Shown: piece after piece, positions 53,433-64,000 of the stretch
Numbering within the stretch: the first letter of the stretch is position 1
How the letters are laid out: every line of letters begins with the position of its first letter
Made by a program: the position numbers and the translations under genes
The notes under the pieces: model-generated
The model's input: the letters and a program-made list of their open reading frames with translations, nothing else
Told to the model about the DNA's origin: nothing
The model's database searches: none
Assembly (NCBI RefSeq): GCF_009834535.1
Contig: NC_045696.1
Span: forward strand, 87,112,001-87,176,000
Length of the DNA stretch: 64,000 bases
Reading direction: 5' to 3'
From: Camelus ferus
Taxonomy: Eukaryota

Positions 53433-56400
53433 TTAGATTCCACATATCAGCGATCTCATATGGTATTTTTCTTTCTCTTTCTGGCTTACTTCACTTAGAA
53501 TGACATTCTCCAGGAGCATCCATGTTGCTGCTAATGGCATTATGTTGTCGGTTTTTATGGCTGAGTAGTATTCCATTGTATAAATATACCACTTCTGCTT
53601 TATCCAGTCACCTGTTGATGGACATTTAGGCTGTTTCCATGTTTTGGCTATTGTAAATAGTGCTGCTATGAACATTGGGGTGCAGGTGTCATCCTGAAGT
53701 AGATTTCCTTCTGGATACAAGCCCAGGAGTGGGATTCCTGGGTCATAGGGTAAGTCTATTCCTAGTCTTTTGAGGAATCTCCACACTGTTTTCCATAGTG
53801 GCTGCACCAAACTGCATTCCCACCAGCAGTGTAGGAGGGTTCCCCTTTCTCCACAGCCTCTCCAGCATTTGTCATTTGTGGATTTTTGAATGACGGCCAT
53901 TCTGACTGGTGTGAGGTGATACCTCATTGTAGTTTTGATTTGCATTTCTCTGATAATTAGTGATATGGAGCATTTTTTCATGTGCTTTTTGATCATTTGT
54001 ATGTCTTCCTTGGAGAATTGCTTGTTTAGGTCTTCTGCCCATTTTTGGATTGGGTTGTTTATTTTTTTCTTATTGAGTCGTATGAGCTGCTTATATATTC
54101 TGGAGATCAAGCCTTTGTCGGTTTCACTTGCAAAAATTTTCTCCCATTCCGTAGGTTTTCTTCTTGTTTTATTTCTGGTTTCCTTTGCTGTGCAGAAGCT
54201 TGTAAGTTTCATTAGGTCCCATCTGTTTATTCTTGCTTTTATTTCTTCTAGGAGAAAATTTTTGAGATGTATGTCAGATAGTGTTTTGCCTATGTTTTCC
54301 TCTAGGAGGTTTATTGTATCTTGTCTTATGTTTAAGTCTTTAATCCATTTTGAGTTGATTTTTGTATATGGTGTAAGGGAGTGTTCTAGCTTCATTGTTT
54401 TACATGCTGCTGTCCAGTTTTCCCAACACCATTTGCTGAAGAGACTGTCTTTATTCCAATGTATATTCTTGCCTCCTTTGTCAAAGATGAGTTGACCAAA
54501 AGTTTGTGGGTTCATTTCTGGGCTCTCTATTCTGTTCCATTGGTCTATATGTCTGTTTTGGTACCAATACCATGCTGTCTTGATGACCGTAGCTCTGTAG
54601 TATTTCTGAAGTCTGGGAGAGTTATTCCTCCAGCCTCTTTCTTTCTCTTCAGTAATGCTTTGGCAATTCTAGGTCTTTGATGGTTCCATATGAATTTTAT
54701 TATGATTTTTTCTAGTTCTGTGAAATATGTCCTGGGTAATTGGATAGGGATTGCATTAAATCTGTAGATTGCCTTGGGCAGTGTGACCATTTTAACAATA
54801 TTGATTCTTCCAATCCAAGAGCATGGAATATCTTTCCATTTTTTAAAGTCTTCTTTAATTTCCTTCATCAATGGTTTATAGTTTTCTGTGTATAATTCTT
54901 TCACCTCCTTGGTTAGACTTATTCCCAGATATTTTATTACTTTGGGTGCTATTTTAAAGGGGATTGTTTCTTTACTTTCTTCTTCTGTTGATTTATCGTT
55001 AGTGTAAAGAAATGCAACTGATTTTTGAACGTTAATTTTGTAACCTGCTACCTTGCTGAATTCTTCAATCAGCTCTAGTAGCTTTTGTGTGGACCTTTTA
55101 GGGTTTTCTATATATAGTAACATGTCATCAGCATATAATGACACTTCTACCTCTTGTTTTCCAATTTGGATCCCTTTTATTTCTTTCTCTTGCCTGACTG
55201 CTGTGGCTAGGACTTCCAGGACTATGTTGAATAGGAGTGGTGATAGTGGGCATCCTTGTCTTGTCCCAGATTTTAGTGGGAAGCTTTTGAGTTTTTCACC
55301 GTTGAGTACTATGCTGGCTGTAGGTTTGTCACATATAGCTTTTATTATGTTGAGATACGTTCCCTCTATACCCACTTTGGCGAGAGTTTTTCTCATAAAT
55401 GGGTGTTGAATTTTATCAAATGCTTTTTCTGCATCGGTTGAGATGATCATGTGGTTTTTGTCCTTTCTCTTGTTGATGTGATGTATTACACTGATTGATT
55501 TGCGTATGTTGAACCAGCCTTGTGTCCCTGGGATGAACCCCACTTGGTCATGATGTATAATCTTTTTTATGTGTTGGATTCTATTTGCTAAAATTTTGGT
55601 GAGGATTTTGGCGTCTATGTTCATCAGTGATATTGGCCTATAATTCTCTTTTTTTGTAGTGTCTTTGCCTGGTTTTGGTATCAGGGTGATGGTGGCTTCA
55701 TAGAATGAGTTTGGGAGTATTCCCTCCTTTTCAATCGTCTGGAAGAGTTTGAGAAGGACTGGTATGAGTTCTTCTTTGTATGTTTGGTAGAATTCCCTGG
55801 TGAAGCCGTCCGGTCCTGGACTTTTATTTGTAGGGAGGTTTTTAATTGCTATTTCTATTTCCTTTCTAGGGATCGGATTGTTCAAGTGTTCAGATTCTTC
55901 TTGATTCAGTTTTGGTGGACAGTATGTTTCCAGAAACTCGTCCATCTCCTCTAGGTTATCCAGTTTGGTTCCATATAGTGTTTCATAATATTCTCGTATG
56001 ATATTCTGTATTTCTATTTTGTTTGTTGTAATTTCTCCATTTTCCTTTCTTATTTTGCTAATTTGTGCTCTCTCTTTTTTCTTCTTTGTGAGTTTGGCCA
56101 GAGGTTTGTCGATTTTATTTACTTTTTCAAAAAACCAGCTTTTGGTTTGGTTGATTTTTTCTATGGTCTTGTTAATCTCTATCGTATTTAATTCCTCTCT
56201 GATCTTTATTATTTCCTTCCTTCTGCTGCTTTTTGGGGCTTTTTGTTCTTCTTTTTCTGATTCATTCAGGTGGTGGGTTAAATTGTTTATTTGAGATTGT
56301 TCTTCTTTTTTGAGGAAGGCCTGTATCACTATAAACTTCCCTCTTAGCACTGCCTTTGCTGTGTCCCATAGGTTTTGAGTGGTTGTGCTTTCATTATCAT

Positions 56401-57226
56401 TTGTCTCAAGGTATTTTTTAATTTCAGCTTTGATTTCCTCATTGATCCATTGTTTTTTCAATAACATATTGTTTAATCTCCATGCTTTCCTTGTTTTCTC
56501 CTTTGTTTCTCTGTTGTTGATTTCCAGTTTCATGGCATTGTGGTCAGTAAAGATGCTTGAGATAATTTCTATCTTCTTAAAATTGTTGAGGTTTCTTTTG
56601 TGCCCAAGTACATGATCGATCCTGGAAAATGTTCCATGTGCACTTGAAAAGAATGTATATCCTATTTTTGGGGGGTGTAATGCTCTGAAAATATCCACCA
56701 AGTCTAGTTTTTCTATTGTAGTATTTAATTTCTCTGTTGCCTTGTTTATTTTCTGTCTGGAAGATCTGTCTAGTGATGTTAATGCAGTGTTAAAATCTCC
56801 AACTATGATTGTATTCCCATCAATATCCCCCTTTATCTCTGTTAGTAATTCTTGTATGTACTTAGGTGCTCCTATATTGGGTGCATATATATTAATGAGT
56901 GTAATATCCTCATCTTGTATCACTCCTTTAATCATTATAAAATGTCCTTCTTTATCTTTCTTTATGGCCTTTGTTTTAAAGTCTATTTTGTCTGAAATCA
57001 GTACTGCAACACCTGCTTTTTTGGCTTTTCCATTTGCATGGAATATCCTTTTCCATCCTTTCACTCTCAATCTATATGTGTCCTTCTCCCTAAAGTGGGT
57101 CTCTTGTATGCAGCATATTGAAGGTTCTTGCTTTATTATCCAGTCTGCCACTCTGTGTCTTTTGACTGGAGCATTTAGTCCATTAACATTTACAGTAATT
57201 AATGATAGATGTGTGTTTATTGCCAT
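53433..57226 (-). pseudogene. L1 ORF2 (APE endonuclease, RT, C-terminal domain), one frameshift near 54605
   Basis: 893-aa ORF (NVNGLN, GDFN, TDHN, YADD) leaves frame after LPDFR; C-terminal part continues in ORF 53433-54515. Confidence 0.95.
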
Positions 57227-57630
57227 TTTGAACTTATCTTTGCAGTTGAATTGGTGTATCTTCTTTGTTCCTTTCTTTTTCCTTTTGTGGTTTGGTAATT
57301 TTCCTTTGTATTATCATGGATTTTATTTAATTTTTTTGACTCCTTTGTGAGTTTTTGGCTTGTGGTTACCTTTTTTTGTAAATCTATCAACCCATTACTA
57401 TAACTGTTTTTATTAAACTGATAGTAACATGATCTCAAACCCATCCTACTGTTAAAAAAATTTAAAAAAGAAAGAAAATAATATTCTATATTTCCCTGCC
57501 TCCCTCTCCCACTCTCAGTGAATTGTATGTCTTCTTTTATAATTTCATGTTTACTTTATTTGTAATTCATGAGTTATCACCTTTCCAGTTGTGTGTTTCT
57601 CATTTCTGTAGCATCCTGCTGCTTTTCTAT

Positions 57631-58535
57631 TTAGAATAGCCCTTTCAATATTTCTTTTAGCATGGGTTTAGTGTTGCTAAACTCCTGCAGCTTTTTTTTT
57701 TTGTCTGTGAAACTCTTTATTTCTCCTTGTACCCTCAAGGATAGCCTTGCTGGATAAAGGATCCTAGGCTGCATCTTTTTTTCATTCAGGGCTTTGAATA
57801 TATCTTGCCACTCCCTTCTGGCCTGTAGTGTTTGTGTAGAGAAATCAGCTGAGAGCCTTATGGGGGGGTTCCCTTGTAACTTACTCTTTGCTTTTTCTCT
57901 TGCTGCCTTTAGAATCATTTCTTTATCCTTGACTCTGGCCATCTTGATTATGATATGTCTTGGTGTGGGTCTATTTGGGTTCTTCCTGTTTGGGACCCTC
58001 TGAGCTTCCTGTACTTGGATATCTGATTCCTTCTTTAAGTTTGGGAAGTTTTCAGTCATGATTTCTTCAAAAACCTTTTCAATCCCCTTTGATCTTTCTT
58101 TTCCTTCTGGGACCCCTATTATGCAAAGATTGGGACGCTTTATATTATCCCATAGGTCCCTTATGCTATTTTCATTATTTTTTATTTGCTTCTCTTGTAG
58201 TTCTTCTGAATGGGTGCTTTCTATTGCCCTGTTTTCTAGATCACTAATTCGTTCCTCTGCATTATCTAGTCGGCTTTGCACAGCTATTAGATCATTCCTC
58301 ATCTCTGTCAATGAGTTTACCCATTCTACTTGGCTCTTCTTTATAGCTTCAATTTCATTTTTGACATACTTTGTATCTCTAAACACACTTTTAATTCCTT
58401 CAGCAATTCGATCACTCCTTTTTTGAAATCTTGATCTAGTAGGCTATCGATGTCTATTTCATTGATCTTTCTTTCAGGGGATTTCTCTTGTTCTTTTAAT
58501 TGGGAAAGGTTTTTCTGCTTCTTCATCTTGCTCAT
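57631..58535 (-). pseudogene. L1 ORF1 (RNA-binding protein), frameshifted
   Basis: Split into ORFs 58341-58535 and 57631-58386 (LWDNIKRPNL, PRHIIIKM, RREW, YPARLS); locally out-of-frame patch 'KAKSKLQGNPP'. Confidence 0.93.
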
Positions 58536-59029
58536 ACCTCTTTGGCACTGTGGTTTATGGAGTATCAGTTGTTTATTTTGGTCCTTAAGGGTTTTATCTA
58601 TCTAATGCCTATTTAGGAATAGAACTTAGGAAAAAAAGAAAAATAAATAAGAGAGAGAAAGAATTTTAAAAGAAGGGAGAAAGAGGGTTTGAAAACAGTG
58701 TATAATGAATAATAGAAGAGTGAGTTGAAGCAGATTATTAATCGGGTTGAGATGTCCTTTTGAAAACCTTTACAAAAAAAAGGGGGGGGGGAGATGAATA
58801 GATGTATTTGAAACCTGTGTCTAATCAATAGCAGGACATCAAAACCCAAGAGAAATAGAAATGAATTAAGAAGTAAGAATTAAGAGAGTAATAGAAAATA
58901 GAACAGGTAAAAACAGATTTAAAAAAAAAGGGGGGGGGTTTGTCGGTGTTCTCCTGGAGTCTGTGTGCTTTCACTGTGAAGTCTTTCTGTCTTCGTCCTG
59001 TTTTGGAAGCTCAGCTTGCTGTTTTCAGA

Positions 59030-60211
59030 GGCCCTCCGTTGGCGCCCTCTTCTGTGCTGCTCCCAGCACCTGTCGGCAAGCAGATCGCGCCTCCTCCTAA
59101 CACTGGGTCAGGTGCAGCTCTCTGCTGTGGGCGGGCAGGTCGCTGCCCCTCCGGATGCCTCAGTCAGATGTTGCAGACTGGCCAGGTAGGAGGGCGGGTC
59201 GTGCCCCCTCCCAGCACCTCGGTCAGGGGCTGTGTTCCTGCCCGAAAGGCGGGGGGGCCGCTCTCCCTCTACCTGCGCCGCCGGTAGCTCCGCTCTCTGT
59301 GCGGCTGCGCGCTCCTCCCTGGTTGGCGCTCCGCAGGTTGGCTCGGGGAAGACCAAGGGACAGCCCTGTCCCTGCTCCGAGCCAAAACCCAGCTCCTTGT
59401 TTGTTTTTGTGGAGCAAGTTCTCTGAGGGACCAGGATGGAAGGATCCTATCTGCCCTGGGCTGCAGGCCAGTCTCAGTCTGGCCTTTGGGGCTGCTAAGC
59501 CCTTCGGTGCGGATGCAGGTTTCGCCCCCGCCCCCGCCTGAGTGCTCAGGGCGGAGGATATGGCGGCTGTGCCTGAGCCCCGCACCTCTTCCCCCGAAAA
59601 CTTTCCGCGGGTTTTCAGAGATGGGGGTGTGCACCCTTCCCCCGAGAGCACATCAACCTTGCTGTTTTATGGAGGGCCCAGGTTGTTCTGCCCTGTGCAC
59701 CCACAGCCAAGGCGCGCAGCCCCTTGCGTTCCCCTGGGGCTGCCTCCGTGCAGCCACTTCCGTCCTCCGCCCGGCTTGTGCAGCCTGGCCCTGCCCGCCA
59801 CTGCCGGCCCGCGTCTCAGGCTGGGTGTCGGGGGGATGCTCTGTGTCCGTTTAACTTAGTTCTGTTAGTCAAGGGCTGCTCTGTACAGATGCGAGCCTTG
59901 GAGGCTCCCCTTCCGTCCCGCTGGCCTCTCAGTTGGAGAGGGGAGACCCAGCGAGCGAGCGCCAGTCCTCCTTTGCCGCTCCCTCCCCGCGGGACCTGTC
60001 CCGCGCTGCTTTGCCTTTTGTTCTTTCTTTTTTCCTTTTCTCCTACCAGATTTTTGGCGTCTTTATCTTTTGAAGAGGGCGATGTTCTGTCGGAGTTCCA
60101 CAGGTGCTCTGGTTGGCTGAGTGGGTCTGTAGATGTGGGTCTTGGTGTATTTGTGGGAGAGGGTGACCCTACGAGCGTCCTTCTACTCCGCCATCTTCTC
60201 CGTCTCTCCCC
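59030..60211 (-). promoter_or_regulatory. L1 internal promoter, CpG island with 5'-terminal YY1 motif
   Basis: GC/CpG-rich; AAGATGGCGG at 60188-60197 (minus). Confidence 0.8.
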
Positions 60212-60769
60212 AAACAATCTGATGTTGAAGAAATAAGGTAATTTCTGATTAATAAGGGTTAGTAGATGTTGCTACCTCATGTTCTCATATTAGGGAATTA
60301 TAACATCTTAGTACAGGCTGCCAACATTTTGTGGAAGGATAAACAGTGGCCTAATGAGCCAACAGAAGCTAAGTTTATCTACTCACCTACATTTTATCAG
60401 TCTTGTCTTAATGGGAATTTATATGCTTTACCTTTCTCATTCTTAAACTGAATTCATCCTGTGACTTGGAGTACATTTATAAGGTGTTAGTTTTGTAGTG
60501 AGAGAAACTCTCTCCTACCTTGCAACCAAGCTGCTGATCCAAGCCTAATTAATGCAGTACTCCATCATACTAGCTACATGGAATATAAATCAAGATCTGA
60601 AACTTACACAGGTCTATCTATTTGGGATAAAGGTAAGGATGGTTGGCAAAAGTTTACATGGCTAAATATTTAATAGGGATAGTGTTATGTGTCCTAATCT
60701 ATTTTTATGATAAATATGACAGTGTATTTTCCGAGGAGAGTTGCAACAGTAGTTCCTATTTCATATGCT

Positions 60770-61250
60770 CTTTTCTTAATGTGGCTTTGCATTTTTTTCC
60801 CATCAAAAACAGGAGTATATTACTTTTTTCCCCTTTATTTTTTTTTTCAATCAGGCAAGTATAGGGTGAGTGTTCTATCATTAGAATATGTCAGGAATGA
60901 TGCTGGCCTAGCAAGAAGCATCTGCTACTTCTTAGGGGCACTCACTCTTGTGATGCTCTCACTCAGGAACCAAACACCACACTGTGAGAAGAGAAGCCCA
61001 CTGTGTCAAGGTCACATGCAGGAATTCTGGTCTCCAACTCCAGCTTAGTTCCCAGCCAGAAATCAGGCATAAGTACTACTCAGGTTAGTGCGTCATTTCC
61101 TTTGACTGTACCCAAATAGGAAACCTCAAGTGAGAGTCACTCACCTGACCTTAGTCAACTCACTGAACCACAGGAAAGATTTTGTTTGTGTAGATGAGTC
61201 ACTAAATTTGGGCTATTTGTTATGCAAGGACAAATAAGTGGAATAACAGC
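60770..61250 (+). mobile_element. Old MLT1-type LTR
   Basis: 'cccatcaaaaacaggagtata...ccacactgtgagaagagaagccc...cactaaatttgggctatttgttatgca'. Confidence 0.55.
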
Positions 61251-61734
61251 AAACACTCCAGCCTGGAAATTGATAACCCCATCATTAAATGAGTTAATAA
61301 AGGAGCCTAAGGAGATCTCTGGAATTTTCTGTGGGCTTAGAATATAGAATGTTATATCATCTAATTAAATAAAGCATATATATACCATCACTATCACCCC
61401 CAGAAAGTACAAGGAGAGAGTTAGATAAATGGCTTCCAAAAGTTCTTTTAATGATTTTCCGTCTCTCTATTTTACTTGAATATTGAATTTAATTTCCCAT
61501 TTAGATGATAGGGTCAGGAAATTTTTTTGAATTATCATAATAAATGCTGTATTAAATTCTTTTCTCATCTATGGACCTCTAAAAATTCTGTGGTCACAGT
61601 TGAACTGCCCTAATAAAATAGCTTCTTCATTGAATATATTCCATAAAGTAAGATGCCTTTCTTCAATAACAAGTTAACCAAGTTAATTTGTCGCAGGGAT
61701 AAATTATACTTCCCCTGTTGCTTTGAATTTTAGT

Positions 61735-62286
61735 TTTTCTTTTTTTCTTTATCTTTTGTAATTGAAGTGTAGTCAATTTACAATGTTACGTTAGTTTCTG
61801 TTGTACAGCATAGTGACTCAGTTTTATATATATTACTTTTCCTATCCTTTTTCATTGTAGGCTATTACAAGATATTGAATACAACTCCCTGTGCTATACA
61901 GCAGGACCTTGTTGCTTATCTATTTTATATATAGTAGTTAGTATCTGCTAATCTTGAACTCCCATTTTATCCCTTCCTACCCCCTTCCCCCTCCCCCCCC
62001 CTCAGTTTGTTTTCTATGTCTTTAGGTCTGTTTCTGTTTGGTTCAATTGTTTCATTTTTAAAAATTCTGTATATAAGTGATATCATATGATACTTTTATT
62101 TTTCTGGCTTATTTCACTTAGTATGGTAATCTCTAGGTCCATCCATGTTGCTTCAAATGGCATTATTTAATTATTTTTTATGGCTGAGTAGTATTCCATT
62201 GTATAAATATACCACAACTTCTTTATGCAATCATCTGTCATGGACATTTAGATTGCTTCCATGCCTTGGCTATGGTAAATAGTGCT
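61735..62286 (-). mobile_element. L1 3' end fragment
   Basis: 'aattgaagtgtagtcaatttacaatg...tttatggctgagtagtattccattg'. Confidence 0.9.
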
Positions 62287-64000
62287 TGTATCTTTTTATT
62301 TTAAAATGGTAGAAAATTATCAATAAATTATAAGTCCCTTAACTGAATAGGTCTTGTATTTGAGCACATTTATGATAGCCATCTAAAAGATAGCTAGCAA
62401 TTTCATTTTTAAAGATATTTTAGGGTTTTATTTTTCTTTTAATTCAGTTACATCAGATACCAGAAGATTAATAAACAATATAATCTGGGCAGTGAATACT
62501 GTACAATTATTATAAGCTATTGGAGAAATACAGCTATGGAATTAAAAGATACGAGATAAGCAAAGTTTTAAGAAAATCCAAGAAGATTAATTATATCACA
62601 ATAAATGTTAAAATGAAGCTATCTTAAAGGTAGAAGATAGATGTTATTCTTTTTTAAAAAGTCAATAAAATGTTCTTCTTTTGGTTAGTGTTTCATTATT
62701 TGTTATAACAATCTGGAATTTGAACACATTCATATCCCATTATTGTCAGGAGAATACTTACTTGATGGTATTTGCACCCTTGTGGTATTTTAATACTTAG
62801 ACACATCTGTAAAGTATTTCAATAAGCTGTTGAAATTAATCTGCTCATGGCAACTGGATTTGTCATTTGCAAAGAGTTGTCATAAATGACAGTGAAACTG
62901 GATTGAATCTTAGAAACTTATGTTTAAAATGTTTGGAAATTATAGTGAAAATGCAGGGTACTGTTATATTTAGCGAAAGTTTATCCATACTTTAGTATAA
63001 ATTAAGTAAACACTTGATAATATATTATGGATTTTGATAGAATGTTAACTTTGAGTGCTGTCTGTCTTTCCAAACTGTTCACAGAGAAACAATAAAATAT
63101 TTAGGTCGTTGGATCTTGTAAATCTCAAGTTCCCTGCAATTATAAATAAGCAAGTTACCATTAAATTAAGAAACAGATTTTTAAAACTCTATTGTAGTAT
63201 ATCCAAAGTATTAAAACTATTTTTAGTGCAACATCTCATTATTTCTTACCAAATTCTATTTTAGCATGAGGAGAAGAGATTGGAGTCTTCATATTAGTGT
63301 TACAGAAACTACTTTTTGCTGCCCGATGTAGATGGAACAAGCAAGAGCAAAAGCAGGGGAGGGGACCATATAAAAGATTATTTTATTCACTTAGTAGTAA
63401 TAACCTGGGCCAAAACATTGCATGTGGAGATGAAAAGACAGGAAGGACTTTGCAAGGTATTCAGAGTATTGAATTGGACTGTTTGGACATGCAGTTGACC
63501 AGATTAATAGGTAAGGTTCTCTGAATATTTAGTGTGCTAATCAGATAAAAATATTTTTAGAATAATAAACAGTAAAATAATTGAAATAAGTTCTTTTGTA
63601 AATACTGTCAATATTTCTCAGACTACCAAATAGCAGAAAGGGATAACAAGAGCAGTGCTGAATTACCAAATTGAAAATAAGGGATCTATGTAATACACCA
63701 TTATTTGTAAGTCAGGTCATCATGCTGCATACCTTGAGCTTATACAGAGCTGATTGTAAATTATATCAGTAAAGTTGGGGGAAATAAGGCACCTACATTC
63801 ATGTTTCTTCCATGTAAGCATCTGTTTCAGCCCTAAAAATGTCTTCCAGACCCCTGATGCAGTGACTATACCACTTCATGTGTCATGCCCATTTATGTTT
63901 GCAGTGAAGCTGTACTCCCAGAGCCTCAACTGCTGTTGCTTGCTAAAGTGTTTCTTCTGAACCATTTTTCTTAACATCTCATGTGATGCAATATGGTCCC

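Larger units (their letters stand above)
53092..60211 (-). mobile_element. Young full-length LINE-1 (~7.1 kb): 5' UTR, ORF1, ~400-nt spacer, ORF2, 3' UTR, poly-A
   Basis: Poly-T 53092-53108; ORF1 and ORF2 homology; CpG-rich 5' UTR beginning GGGGAGAGACGGAGAAGATGGCGG. Confidence 0.98.

Noticed and set aside
38605..56100. Segmental duplication of 14.5 kb
   Set aside because: Identity is confined to L1 sequence; the flanks differ and the short copy has its own TSD
39439..57350. Hydrophobic plus-strand ORFs (221, 186, 202 aa)
   Set aside because: Antisense shadows of A-rich L1 ORF2
58940..60236. Multiple 100-170 aa ORFs in the L1 5' UTR (ORF0-like)
   Set aside because: Mostly non-ATG starts in GC-rich sequence with no recognisable homology
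1..64000. CRISPR arrays, rRNA, tRNA, operons
   Set aside because: Mammalian DNA; no repeat-spacer array or such RNA genes seen

Overview
Repeat-rich, AT-rich mammalian (eutherian) genomic DNA with no recognisable intact host protein-coding exon. The L1 3' ends and the lack of recognisable primate, ruminant, pig or carnivore SINEs suggest a camelid-like artiodactyl, but this is inference. Main contents: (1) a 5'-truncated, intronless PADI (most likely PADI4) processed pseudogene at ~24.5-25.5 kb (minus strand). It carries a 40-bp tandem duplication of the catalytic GEVHC motif and is nested in an old Tc2/Kanga-like DNA transposon. (2) A U6 snRNA-L1 chimeric retrocopy at ~33.1-34.4 kb, inserted in an older L1. 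(3) A young full-length LINE-1 (53.1-60.2 kb, minus) and a 3-kb 5'-truncated LINE-1 (38.6-41.6 kb, minus). These are nearly identical and share the same ORF2 frameshift. (4) Many ancient repeats (L1M, L2, MIR, MLT, MER5/MER20, Tigger3-type MITEs). Repeat family names come from recalled consensus motifs, not from a database search.
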